A stretch of DNA of 64,000 nucleotides from Schizochytrium sp. TIO01 (Eukaryota > Protista > Bigyra: Labyrinthulomycetes): NCBI GenBank assembly GCA_004764695.1, contig SMSO01000032.1:7906483-7970482 (forward strand), read 5' to 3'. Positions 31,890 to 43,200 of the stretch are shown one piece after another. Each line of letters starts with the position of its first letter. Within the stretch, counting starts at the first letter, position 1. The translations under genes were made by a program, and so were the position numbers. Under the pieces are notes generated by a model. The model was not told the DNA's origin. It searched no databases and saw nothing but the letters and a program-made list of their open reading frames with translations.

Positions 31890-34239
31890 GCAGCCTTCAA
31901 CTTCAACTTTTGCAAATCAAAGTTAATGATTATTTATGATTCACTTTTTTATAATTTTAATTAATATACAATTATTTGTCTGTTGCAAAGAAAGAGCAAA
32001 TAAAATCTTTAAACAAAAAATGCTCAAATCTGGAACTAGAGTAAGTAATGATCTAATTATCTAAAACCTCTAGCACCACTTTTAAAATCTGGGCTTTCAT
32101 TCCATTTTGTTTTCTTTCTCAATGCGCTTTCATAGGTGAATGGCTCCTTCCTGGTAGGTAGGTGGTAGTGATTATCGTACGTACCTAAGTCTACTCTTTG
32201 TGAGCACGCATTAGGTGTTTCTTGCCAACCTTGTGGTTGTTTTTTGCTCTGCTATCTTGCCTCAAACTAAACTTTCCTAAACCGCGGACGAACAGGTGAG
32301 GTTTTCACAAACCCTCACCTCAAGAAACCTAGTTGATTTCACTGATTAATCAGAACAACATCTCGAAAAGGGAAAAGTGTTTTCGCCGCTAGCAACTTGA
32401 ACACCACGGAATTTACTTTAGAACAGAACGATTCGTCTTAATACTCTATTATACCAATTTAGGACCTCCGAGTCGTAATTTGTTCCACTCTTCATCCTTT
32501 GACTCTTCTTTTCTTTTGACCCGAAGTTTGGTGACGATGGTGATGATGATGCCAAATCAACAGACCTTTGTGGTACGTTAGTATATTTAGTATTAGGTCT
32601 GTCATTATTCATCCAAGCTCAAACTCATGGTATAGGCTGTCCATCGTGCATCCAAGTTCGCTCATATTGACTTATTCATTCATTCATTCATTCATTTTAA
32701 GGTTTTATTAGTCCTCTCAAAGTTTCATTCCGAGTCTTTTTTTAAACTATTGTGAACTAAAAGGATAAGGAAACAAACACATAATATTTACCACCTCTGA
32801 ACAGAGATGTGAAAGCACGCCAAGAGTGCAAATGAGCCAGAAACCTGTGCGAGAAACCTGTGCCGGGGCGGCCGGACGGAGGGCCTGCCAGGCAGAATGA
32901 CACGCCTTGTGGCGTGGAGACAGCATCTGCCAATGTGGCACACCCTTTAGAGCAGCAGCGCCAGGAATCTCGGAGAAGAAAGAGGTTCCGGCCTGAGCGG
33001 AAATCACTGATTTTACAATTTATGAGTTAGTTACCCCCATTTCAAGGGCCCGGAAAGTCCTGGAGATTAGCATAGCAAACCTCTCAACCGTACTTTGCCG
33101 TGCTTCCCGTTCTTTCTTTCAATACAGATTTCTTCCCTTTCACATGAGTGTCGCTCATCCTCGCTAAGAGGTTCAAGCAGAAGCCCCAAGCCCTGTGAAA
33201 ATTAACAAACAGCAAACTCGCACCTATCAAGCCACCTTCACTCTCTTCGAGGCCATTCACAGCATTTCCAGGAGCAGGAACCAAGGGGAGTCCATTCACC
33301 AATGGACAGACAGACAGACAGAATCTCAGTTTGAGGCAGGCTGCTGTTCTGTTCTGTTCTACAATATATCGTTCTGTTCTCTGGAGCAGGGCGGTGCTGT
33401 TTATGGCATCGTCGCTGAGCAGTGATGACGCAAGGGCGCTGAAAAAGCCCGAACGCAGACTTGTGGCAGAGTCCGGTCTGAAGAAGAGCCGAGTTCCGGC
33501 CAAGGTCTCTACAGCTGTTTAGGCTCCTTCTGATTTCGTTGATTAGTGCGCAGCCTGCGAAGGTCCTGCTTTGCGACAATTCTGCTGCCTGAACGCACGT
33601 GGAAAACAAAGTAGGCAAGCTATTGTCCGTCAGGTATAACGATTTAGGGAAGAGGTAACAATGGTGTAGGGTCCTACTAGTACCTAGGTGCTGTTGGTTT
33701 ATGATGCATGCACGCGAGAAAGCGTTTTAACGCTTCGAAGCACACCGAGATTCTCGACAATTTATTCTTGGCCTGTTGCGGTGCATAGGAACTCGAGTTG
33801 CAACGCTGCTAACTCCTCTTGAAGGATTTTTGGAAAAGGATCTAAGAAATTGATGCGATCGCATGGCTAGCTTTGCGAATAGACCTTGTTTGCGTTCGGG
33901 ATGGCCAAACAGCGCCTTGTAAAGCTAGTTCTGCTTACGAAACACTCGGAACATCAATTGCAACTTGTATACCGACTGTCGCTGCCTTGGTAGTCACAAC
34001 ATGGGTATATAATCATATGGGGAGGAACTCCCTCTAGGAGGTCAGCATTTATATAACCGGTTCTGGGGTAATAGTTCCTCACTTTATACAGACACGAGAG
34101 AGACGCTCCTAATGTTTAGAGACAAGCAATTATTTTACTAGACTAAATTTCAAGGCAAGCATATTCACAATCAGGTGGCGTGAATATGCTTGCTTTCTTC
34201 TCTCGTGTAAAATATAATCAATTCTCAATTCCTACTTCT

Positions 34240-35250
34240 CAACTCCCATAAGTCTGATCACCCGTGCCATTTCGGTCAAACTTGATTGGCATCAAAATAA
34301 CCTCTGTGATAATTCCATAGATCCTGTCTAAATAGTCTTGGATTTTGGTGAAGCAAATTCGCGGTGAATTCAATGTAGCTCCCAAAAAATGAAGGGATAA
34401 AAACTGCATTGTTGCACTTTATGTGATCCCAAAGAACATAAAGCCAAATTCATACGAGCTTGTAATCTTCAAAGTTCACCGTAACTTTCAGTCCTTCTTC
34501 TCTCCTTTGTACTAGGTGTTGTTATTTAGTAATGACACAAGCTAAAAGATGTTAACTTGCTACCTCTTGAAGTTTGAGTTTCACATAATGTTGCTAAGTT
34601 TTCTACTCAATGCCAACGATGCACACCTCGCTCTCACTTGCATAGCTAATTTGTGGGTTTTCTTAGCCCAGGTCAAGCCTCTTGTAGTTTTGACTTGCTG
34701 TTACTGATTATTTGCGTGGGAGGAGTAGAACTGAATAATCATGATGGCGGGATCGGGACAACCTTACTCACTTGTAGCCAATGTGCTCGTCACAGCCAAA
34801 GCCTGCAACACTTCAAACCCTGTCGATGAAGCCTAACTGTGGATGTCTCCGTACCTAAGTACACTCATACTCCTTTTTTGCCACTGGTAGGTGGGCACCA
34901 ATAACAATCGAAACGAAGTTTGCCTTATCTCCCCAATACTGCTCGTGTAGACAAGCAAGCACATGATGATCTATCTATCTCTCTTCATCTCCATCTGCAT
35001 CTTCAGCTTTATTTATCCTTTATTCACCCACATACTGCATCGTTGGAACTTGTTGGATCCCATAACCCCCAAAATTGCTCCTGAATTGCCACGGAATTCC
35101 CTTCACAAGATTGCATAGGTGCCTACATAATTGTTGTCGCAGAGAATAAATGGCCACCCAGGTAGTATTGGACAGCCTGGCTGAGTTTGCTTGTCTTGTC
35201 TGCTGTTCTTCGCAGTAGATAGTAGGACAATTAAGGCGAAATCGCATCCT
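34240..35250 (-). pseudogene. Stop-riddled coding relic of unknown family
   Basis: Long protein-like stretches on the minus strand (DHHVLACLHEQYWGDKANFVSIVIGAHLP; NYKRLDLG*ENPQISYASESEVCIVGIE*...KVTVNFEDYKLV*IWLYVLWDHIKCNNAVFIPSFFGSYIEF) interrupted by isolated stops. Confidence 0.4.
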
Positions 35251-36353
35251 CCTTATTGAGCTGGCCAGTACCGATGGTAGATTAGTAGCTATGCAGCATC
35301 TTAACTTGGCTTTTCATATCACACCTCAAGCAAGACTCTGGTTAATAGTTGAGGGACTTCAAATCCAAGAGGCAGATGGCCAAGTCCTCCTCTCACGCTC
35401 TCTGCATTACCTTTCCCACGTGTCAGGTTCAAGCACTTTAGAACCTTGACAATCCGCAGATATCTACTTCTGCTCTTTAACGTTCATTCATTGAGCATTT
35501 CTGCTGAGTTTAGTATTTAGCCAAGCTATAGTGAACCATTCATTATGATTTATTCTATTCGTAATTGTAGAAGCAAGGTGGACCTAGCCTACCATTAGCC
35601 CTATGATTGCTCCAGTCTCTCAACAGAGAACCTATGCAAGGAAGGAGAAAAAGAAAAAGATACTTTAATTAGAACAAGAGACCATATAGGCCTTGTTATT
35701 CACAATAACAGGTGGTAGGTGGTACTATTATTAGCAGTCTACACATAGCAAATTGAGGTAGTAGATACCTACGTACCAATTAGTGTTACACCTTTCAGTC
35801 TTCATTTGATGTAACTATAAATAATTTATAAACTTTTAAAATAAAAACTACAAAGTACAATTTTGACATCATCAATGAATTGCATTAATTTCTTACACAC
35901 AGTCGCACAACCCTCTGCGCGCTAAGGCGGGCATCCTCAGCACCGAGAGGCGCTTTGGAACTAGTGAAAAGCCACGGCCTTGGTTGTTGTGTTAGCACGG
36001 GTTACGCGACAAGAAAGCGTAGGCTAGTGGAGACGTTTTGTTCCTTTTATTTTGTTGTGGCTGTCTGTCACTCCTGGAATAGTTGTATGCGTACGAATAA
36101 GTTAGAGGTTCATCAGCGTCGCAACAGTTGTTCAAGTTTAGCAACTCGCTTCTCACTACCAACAAACCCTTCAATTGCAGTGTCCACGGAGAGAGCCGAA
36201 GAAGTCCTGCTGCTGTCTTCAGTTGCTAGGCCTTTAAAACAGTAGCGTGATATTCGCAACCAGGCAACGAACTTCTGAATTTGCTCGCTTGACGTTGTGG
36301 CATTCTTCTTCTAGTGGTTGCGAGCCTCGAAAATCCTTCAAAACGTTGGTGGT

Positions 36354-37331
36354 ATGAAGAGGAAAATGCAGTCCGAGGACCTCGTTAAGCCGAGCACGGC
36401 TCAAACCATAGTCATGTGTATTATACATATGCTAGTCGGACCAATGCTTATTGTGGTGAATAAGGAGATCCTTGAAGTGTTCCCATATCCTTTTTTCTTG
36501 AGTTCATTAGGACTTATCTTCACCGTCGTGGCATCACATGCTATGTTCCTTGCTGGGCATCTTGATTTGCCAAACCAAGGTATGGTAACCAGGGGCTTTT
36601 ATTTAAGGAATTTGCTTCCGGTTGGAGCGTGCCATGCTGCTACGTTAGCTTTCGGAAATGCCCAGTACATGTATATGGGAGTGGCCGCAGTGCAGTTCTT
36701 CAAGGCCTTTACTCCAGTAGTGGTTACTATATTTTCCTATATCATTCTTCGGCACAACGTGGATGCTCCCGTCTGGGGCGCTCTTTTGCTTTGCTGTGCT
36801 GGAACGAGCCTCACAGCAGTTGGAGCCAATGATGTTAGTTTTATGGGTGTGATGCTTGCCGCAGGCAGCAGTACCTCCGAGGCTGTGCGCCTGGTTCTTA
36901 CCCAATTTGCCTTGCAAGAATGCAACTTTGGCACACTTGAGGGACAATACTTTCTCACTCCCGGTGCTGCGTTCTTTCTTCTTGCCCTTTCAGCGGTTTA
37001 TGAAGCACCCGAAATCCTTGCCACTGGCGATCTCGTACAAATGGCAAATCATCCAACTAAGTTTATTCTTGCTGGAACATTGGGATTTGGTGTTCAGCTT
37101 GTTACAATGAGTGTAATCAAATTGACGAGTTCTATTACCGTCAAGGTTCTTGCACAGCTTCGCAATGCTTTAGTTGTGCTATGGGGAGTTTTTGTTTACT
37201 CTGAGGTCGTTCAAGCACAGCAATTTATTGGCTACATTATTGCTGTCGTTGGAATTCTTCTCTATAGCTACTTTCAGCAAAAGCCTCAAAAGGAGAAGAG
37301 GCCGATGCCAATCCGCTTGCTGTCTGCATAA
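36354..37331 (+). CDS. TPT / nucleotide-sugar transporter family (DMT superfamily, SLC35C/E-like)
   Basis: LIVVNKEIL..FPYP, FGNAQYMYMGVAAVQFFKAFTP, EAVRLVLTQ, VIKLTSSITVKVL; ~9-10 hydrophobic helices; first ATG at 36354. Confidence 0.92.
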   Translation: MKRKMQSEDLVKPSTAQTIVMCIIHMLVGPMLIVVNKEILEVFPYPFFLSSLGLIFTVVASHAMFLAGHLDLPNQGMVTRGFYLRNLLPVGACHAATLAFGNAQYMYMGVAAVQFFKAFTPVVVTIFSYIILRHNVDAPVWGALLLCCAGTSLTAVGANDVSFMGVMLAAGSSTSEAVRLVLTQFALQECNFGTLEGQYFLTPGAAFFLLALSAVYEAPEILATGDLVQMANHPTKFILAGTLGFGVQLVTMSVIKLTSSITVKVLAQLRNALVVLWGVFVYSEVVQAQQFIGYIIAVVGILLYSYFQQKPQKEKRPMPIRLLSA

Positions 37332-40236
37332 TGGAGCGTATACGTCTCCATTTGGGGGGTATTAGAAGAGGTCAAACATTCAAATGCCTTCACTCCTTCT
37401 GGTCTGTCAAATCTAACTAAAAAAAGTGGGAACACTTTGAGAGTGCCATACAACTGGTGAACAAAAGTATTGTTATATTTTCGGTTTGAGTTGAAGAACC
37501 TGTATTCGCAAAAGAACCACTTTTAGCTTTAACTACTAGTTATAAGCGAACCTAATTGTACGTTTGAGCCCACTTATCCAACTTATAACCACGTTAAACC
37601 TAGGATCCTTGAGGTTCATGAGCCGTGGTCTCTTCGTCCATCATATAGCTTGTATAACAGAAAATTGATTGGCCATCTATCAAACGCAACGTGAAACGTC
37701 TACCAAGCAAACAAGAATGTAATCATCCATACGCATTATATGAAAGAAACTATAGAAGGTATATCACTATATTTCGAGGCATGTATCTCTCCGAGCCGTG
37801 AAACGCCACTATGTGCCTTCGCAAACAAAACAGACAAAACAAAACGAAAGATAACGAAATAGAGTGTATCGCGGTTTCCTAGCTGGCGCTGAGCTGGCAA
37901 TACCCCATGTGCCAGAAGTGTGCCTGCATGCATATTTCTAATAAATGTAATTATCTTTGTTCTTATAACTAGACACTTGGCTCTATTTCAAAATAGAGAA
38001 AGAAAAAGGATGTTGCTACTAGCTAACTGAGATCAACAACACATCCAACACTTTAGAGTTTGCTTGACTCTATGAAAACCTGACGATAAACATCCATACA
38101 CATCCTATTTTTGTTTAGCCCCATGTCAAAGCCATACTCCCGGTCAGATGCCAATCTGCATGGAGAAAGTCCTTGCGAGCTTTCAATCCTGGCAATGACC
38201 GTTCCCTTATATTTCCTATTAAGATAAAGTCCGCCAAAGGAAGCTGTTTAAAGCACCACCGGGAAGGCTCAGAACGAATATTCACGTCATTTGCTACTGA
38301 AAGCCGGCCCTTTGCTGTATTTATCGGAAATTACTTCTCTTGGTAGTAAGTTTGGTGGTGACCCAGAGTGCAATTCTTCTTAAGATCTACAAATAGCTTC
38401 CTTTGCTGTGCTTGTGCATTTGTCCACAGAGTGGGTACTGGGTGTAGAGGATATTGGATCGTAATAGAATCTCAAACTATACGAACGACTGTGCGGCGTT
38501 GCTTACAACTCAGCCCTGATACTGGCCCCAGCGGTAAGCCATCGAACTGAGCGACATTACGGGACAACTTCTTTCTCACATCAATATTCCAGCCATGTAA
38601 GTCGTTTTCCACCCATTCATAAGGCTTCTTTCAGCCTTCGTAAGTTTTTTGTTGTTTCTCTCGCTACCAGCCCCCACATCCTGAGGGGTAAGATGTCTGC
38701 CCCAGGCAACATCGTGATTTAAGAAACGCTGGATTTCGGAAAGCTGAGTGCTTGCTACAATGACCAGAAGTGCCGTCGTGACCATGCACTGCCTCTGTAA
38801 TTGATTTAAAACGCCAGAACATAATACACGAGGCTAGGAGGTAACCTACCTACCTACCTATTACCTACCTACCTACTTCGAAGACAAAGAATATTTTACA
38901 TACATGTGATGTGGCACGGAAGGAAACTGAAACTTGCACGGCATGTGCTGTGCAAACAGAGCGACTAAATGGCTGCGGCTATTTGTGTGTTAAAGCTCGT
39001 TCTTTTCGCGAACCACCTCAACACCAGCCAGCTCTGATTATGGTGCTGCTTGCATCAGCATGTGCGAACTGTCTTGAAGGAATAGCTTGAATTACACGCT
39101 TTCTTTCTTCTCCATGAATGACTATGGTCCCAATCTGGGAAAGCAAAATCCATTTCTCAGTCACAATGCTATCTATACCTACTAATTAGCTACCCACGCA
39201 CATTCATTCAAGTTGGATAAATAAAAGAGCGAAGAAGAAGAACTCACTCCTTTTCTTCGTAAGTACTCCGTAGCTGCCCCTAATACGCGCTTAGGTAGGT
39301 ACATAATGTACGTGCCTACTACTGGGTTAGCTCTTCCTTCGCTCTAGCCACGGACGCTGTGGTTCGCTTGCCCAGGTTGATCTGAAGCAGGCGCTAGAGT
39401 GGGGCTGCTTGAGAGCTGCTTGGGCAGAAGGTCAAGCGTCGATGAATGGTGTCCAATGCCCCTGGCGAAGTTCAACATAGTGGCTGGCTACGGGCCCACG
39501 AACTTCTTTGCACAATTGGTAATTTTTTCGATTAGAGTTTAGTTCTAACTTTCTATCATATAAAAAGTATAAAGTTAGCGTTCTGAGTCATTCGTGGATT
39601 CATTCTTGGATCAAAAAGAAGAAGAAGAAGAAGACTTAACAACGAGTGGCATTACGAATACTAAGACTTGTGTAGAAAGGACTATTTGAAAGCACACATT
39701 ATTTTGGAGAGGACAAGAGCACGCGCGATTTGAAAATCTCGCGCCCCGTTTATTTTTTAATGTTTTTGCGCGGCCAATTCAGAAACGGAGCGGGCACATC
39801 GCCGTGGGTCGGCGGCTTGGTTCTGCCGGCAAGGCAGAGCAAGGCACGCGGCAGACCTGTTTGTCTACAGACCGCTACGACTGGCGTGATCTCGCACGAA
39901 AGAGCTCTACGCTAGGGACGTCAGAGGCCCTGAAGAGGGCATCGCTAATTGGGTTCGAATCAAGGCTTCGAACTGCAGTTTTTTTCAAATAAACAAAACC
40001 TTGAGAGCATTTCAGACAACGGGAGGAAAGAAGCGCTCACTGTGAAGTTTATGAGGTAGTAATTCGATTTTTGGACTTTAGACTTAGCACATTACGGCAG
40101 GCCAGAGAGTGTAGAAGTCTTACGAGGGAAAGTAGCTGCAAATCATTTTGTCGCGAACTATTTACAGTGCAAGTAGAAATTTGCTGCAAGTCTTTCAAAT
40201 CAAGTTTCATCGCGAGGATCAACAGCTCGAGATAGA

Positions 40237-43200
40237 ATGGAGAGATACCGGAAACGCCTACGGACCCCCTTGAGGCAGTTCGCGAAATGTGTTGCTTTTC
40301 TGACGGTACTTGTGGTAGCTGTTCTGACAGCATCAACTCGTGCTCAGGATGTTCCAGCAGAGGTTGGTGGTCCAGGGCGCGCTGTATGGTTTCCAAATGC
40401 AGACGCGTGTGTCTCAGGTGCACTAGAAAATCCTGGATTTGGGTATGCGTTGACCGTAGAAATGTGGATCTTGGTTCCCTCAACTGCAATGGTCTCACAA
40501 GAATATGTTTTAGCTGAATTAGGCACAACCTGGAGACTGGCACTTAATACAGAAGGCCTTGTGTGGCAAGTGCAGAATGACGAAATTACAAAAACACATG
40601 CACAAGCGCAACTCCAACTCGATGGTTGGAATCACATTGCTGCGACCTACAATGCTACTGAAATGAAAATCGTTGTAAATGGGGAGACCGTGCAAGGAGA
40701 TCTGGAGCCTGCGTTTACAATACAGTCTCGCGCGGTCAGTGCAGCACCAAGCACGCCTGCAAATGGTACTTCCTGGGCTAGTTCAGGCTGCAAAGCTGTA
40801 GGAGGTGCTTTAGCAGATGGCGAAATTGTGGACTGTGTAATCCCGTTCTACAACAGAGGCAGCAAAACTAACAAATGTCTTCCTTTTAATAGTTCTGATA
40901 GCGAAGATGACCCACTCTATGATGCTTCATCTATTGAGGCCGTTGAAGGACTTACCCTTTGGTGTGCAACAGTGTCGAAATACAGAAAAGGCACATCCGA
41001 TAGTTGGGGATTTTGTGATTGCCCATTTCTCGCAAATTCAAGTTTTGCAGCACGTTCTGGCCTTGTTGGGAACACTTTAACCACACTAGGGTCACTTGGG
41101 CCGTCAGATACCAATGCAGCTGAATATTCTGGTGAATACACCAATACAAACGCAACGAATACAAGCTTCATTGTCATTAACTTAGAGGGAAACTCTCAAG
41201 TCAGCTATGCAGAACAGATACGCCAAAGCCGATCAACAGAAGATTTCGTTGTTCTCATTTCCGCTAATCAAACCTTACCCTCTCGAGATATTGTTGTACA
41301 AATGGCTGATCTAGGTGCCTTTTTTGTGCTTATCGATTGGTTCGGAGACGCTGCTGTTTATCCAGCAATTGTCAATGATGACTTGACTTGCTTTAAGGTT
41401 CAACAGATTCAAGAAGCTTCAGGTAACTCTCTTTCTTCGAAGTATCGTTGTGCAGAAGAAGCGAGTGCGCGTTTTGGGACAGATGTTTTTGCAGGAGATG
41501 CGACCTCTCTCACAGATGAGGAGATTGACTGTTCTGCATACCCTTTTCAAACGTATGATGCTTCAAATGCCTTTGATGCAGATCGAAACTCCTCCTGGAT
41601 CGTCTCTTTTACTGAGGCATCCCTAAGTGAAAACTCTATTGGACTTCTATATACGTTTACATCGGAACAGAGTCTTGCAGATGTTAACAAATACGCCCTA
41701 GTGGCACCCGCTCAAGCATCAGTTAGTGCACCGAAGAGTTGGTATCTTGAACTTCTCATCGCAGATTCTACCGGCATATATGAAGATTGGCTTACCATCG
41801 ACTCGCAGGAAAATGTAAATTGGGAAGATCATGATATCAGATGGTATAATTTAAGTCTGGCACAGTTAGGAATTGAGGTTAGTTCTAGAATTTCCTGTTT
41901 CCGCCTAACTATCACAGATGCGGATGACCAATTTAGTCAAGTTGGCTTGGCAGAATTTGGAATCTTTGCTTCAAACACATCTTCTTCGACCTCGTCAGAT
42001 ACTTTCTATAAGAGCGGATTGATCGATGCGTCCAGTTGGTACGCTCCTCGAGAGATGCTCTCGTCAGACCCTTTAACCATTCCTGTCTGGACAATCTCTG
42101 CCCGGGCATCTCCAGATGCAGACAAACTTCTAACTAAAGTCCGTGAGTCAGTGTCGCCTACTACTCTAGACTACTTGGTGACCATTAACCCAGTGCAGCA
42201 ATCTATATTATCTGCAACTCAAGCGCTGCCTGATCGGGGTACATTGACACTAGGACGTGGTATGATTGGAGTTATGGACAACTTCCGACTATGGAACATA
42301 TCTCGAACTGCATCTGAAATCGAAGAGAGCGCCAATTTAAGTTTCGGCGTAAACGGATACGATCTTGATGGTCTAGTGATGGAATGGACCATGGACAACA
42401 TTGTTACCGGTGCGAGTACTTCTGATGTTTGCGATGTCCCCTTGGCCCTAAACGCTCAGTATATTATTTCGTCTTCGTCCAGTGCTGTCTCTACGGCAGG
42501 AGAGGTCACCAATGGCGCTTTGCTTGTACCATCCACTGCAAATATTACTGGAGGAGACATTGTAGTGTACCTCCCTACAAGTAGCAATACGAAGCTTGAC
42601 ATTGACCTGACTGGCTACATTCCTTCAACCTCTTCGGAATCTTACTCGATTTCCATCGTAGATCAGCCACAATATGGGTCACTTACGCAGATAAATTTGT
42701 TATCTAATATCGCAAAGGGTGGTATTATCACTGTAGGAACCTTAGTGTATATACGAGATACATCACCCAGTGCAACCTATGATGAATTTACCTATCGCAT
42801 CAAAAATAGTGTCTCGAAAGTATATCACGAGGCTCGCGTATATGTATACTTCGAACGTCCTGCTCCGAATTCTAGTACATTGTTTACATCAGAAGGGTCA
42901 TCATTTGCTCCATTGGTACTGGCTTGGCCAGAGCCAGGATTCTCAATCTTTGGATTACCTACCTCATCGACTTATTCGTCATTTCTCTTACCCGACATTT
43001 GGACCAATTCATCAAACCATTTCTTTGTCCTTGACGATATAAATTTGAATAATAACTGCCTCATATCAAACGATGGAAGTGAAGCAGCATTTGCAGGCGT
43101 TTTTCTTATTGACATATCATCTGTAGATCGAGAGGAGAACAACGGATCCGTTGATATTTCTTTGGAAGTTAATGTGACAACCTCAAATGCCGAAGCAACA

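Noticed and set aside
33045-33400. RNase P/MRP RNA (GGAAAGTCC)
   Set aside because: No matching CR-V/P4 partner or P1 helix found by eye.
39930-39975. tRNA (GGTTCGAATC T-loop-like motif)
   Set aside because: No T-stem, acceptor stem or cloverleaf can be built.
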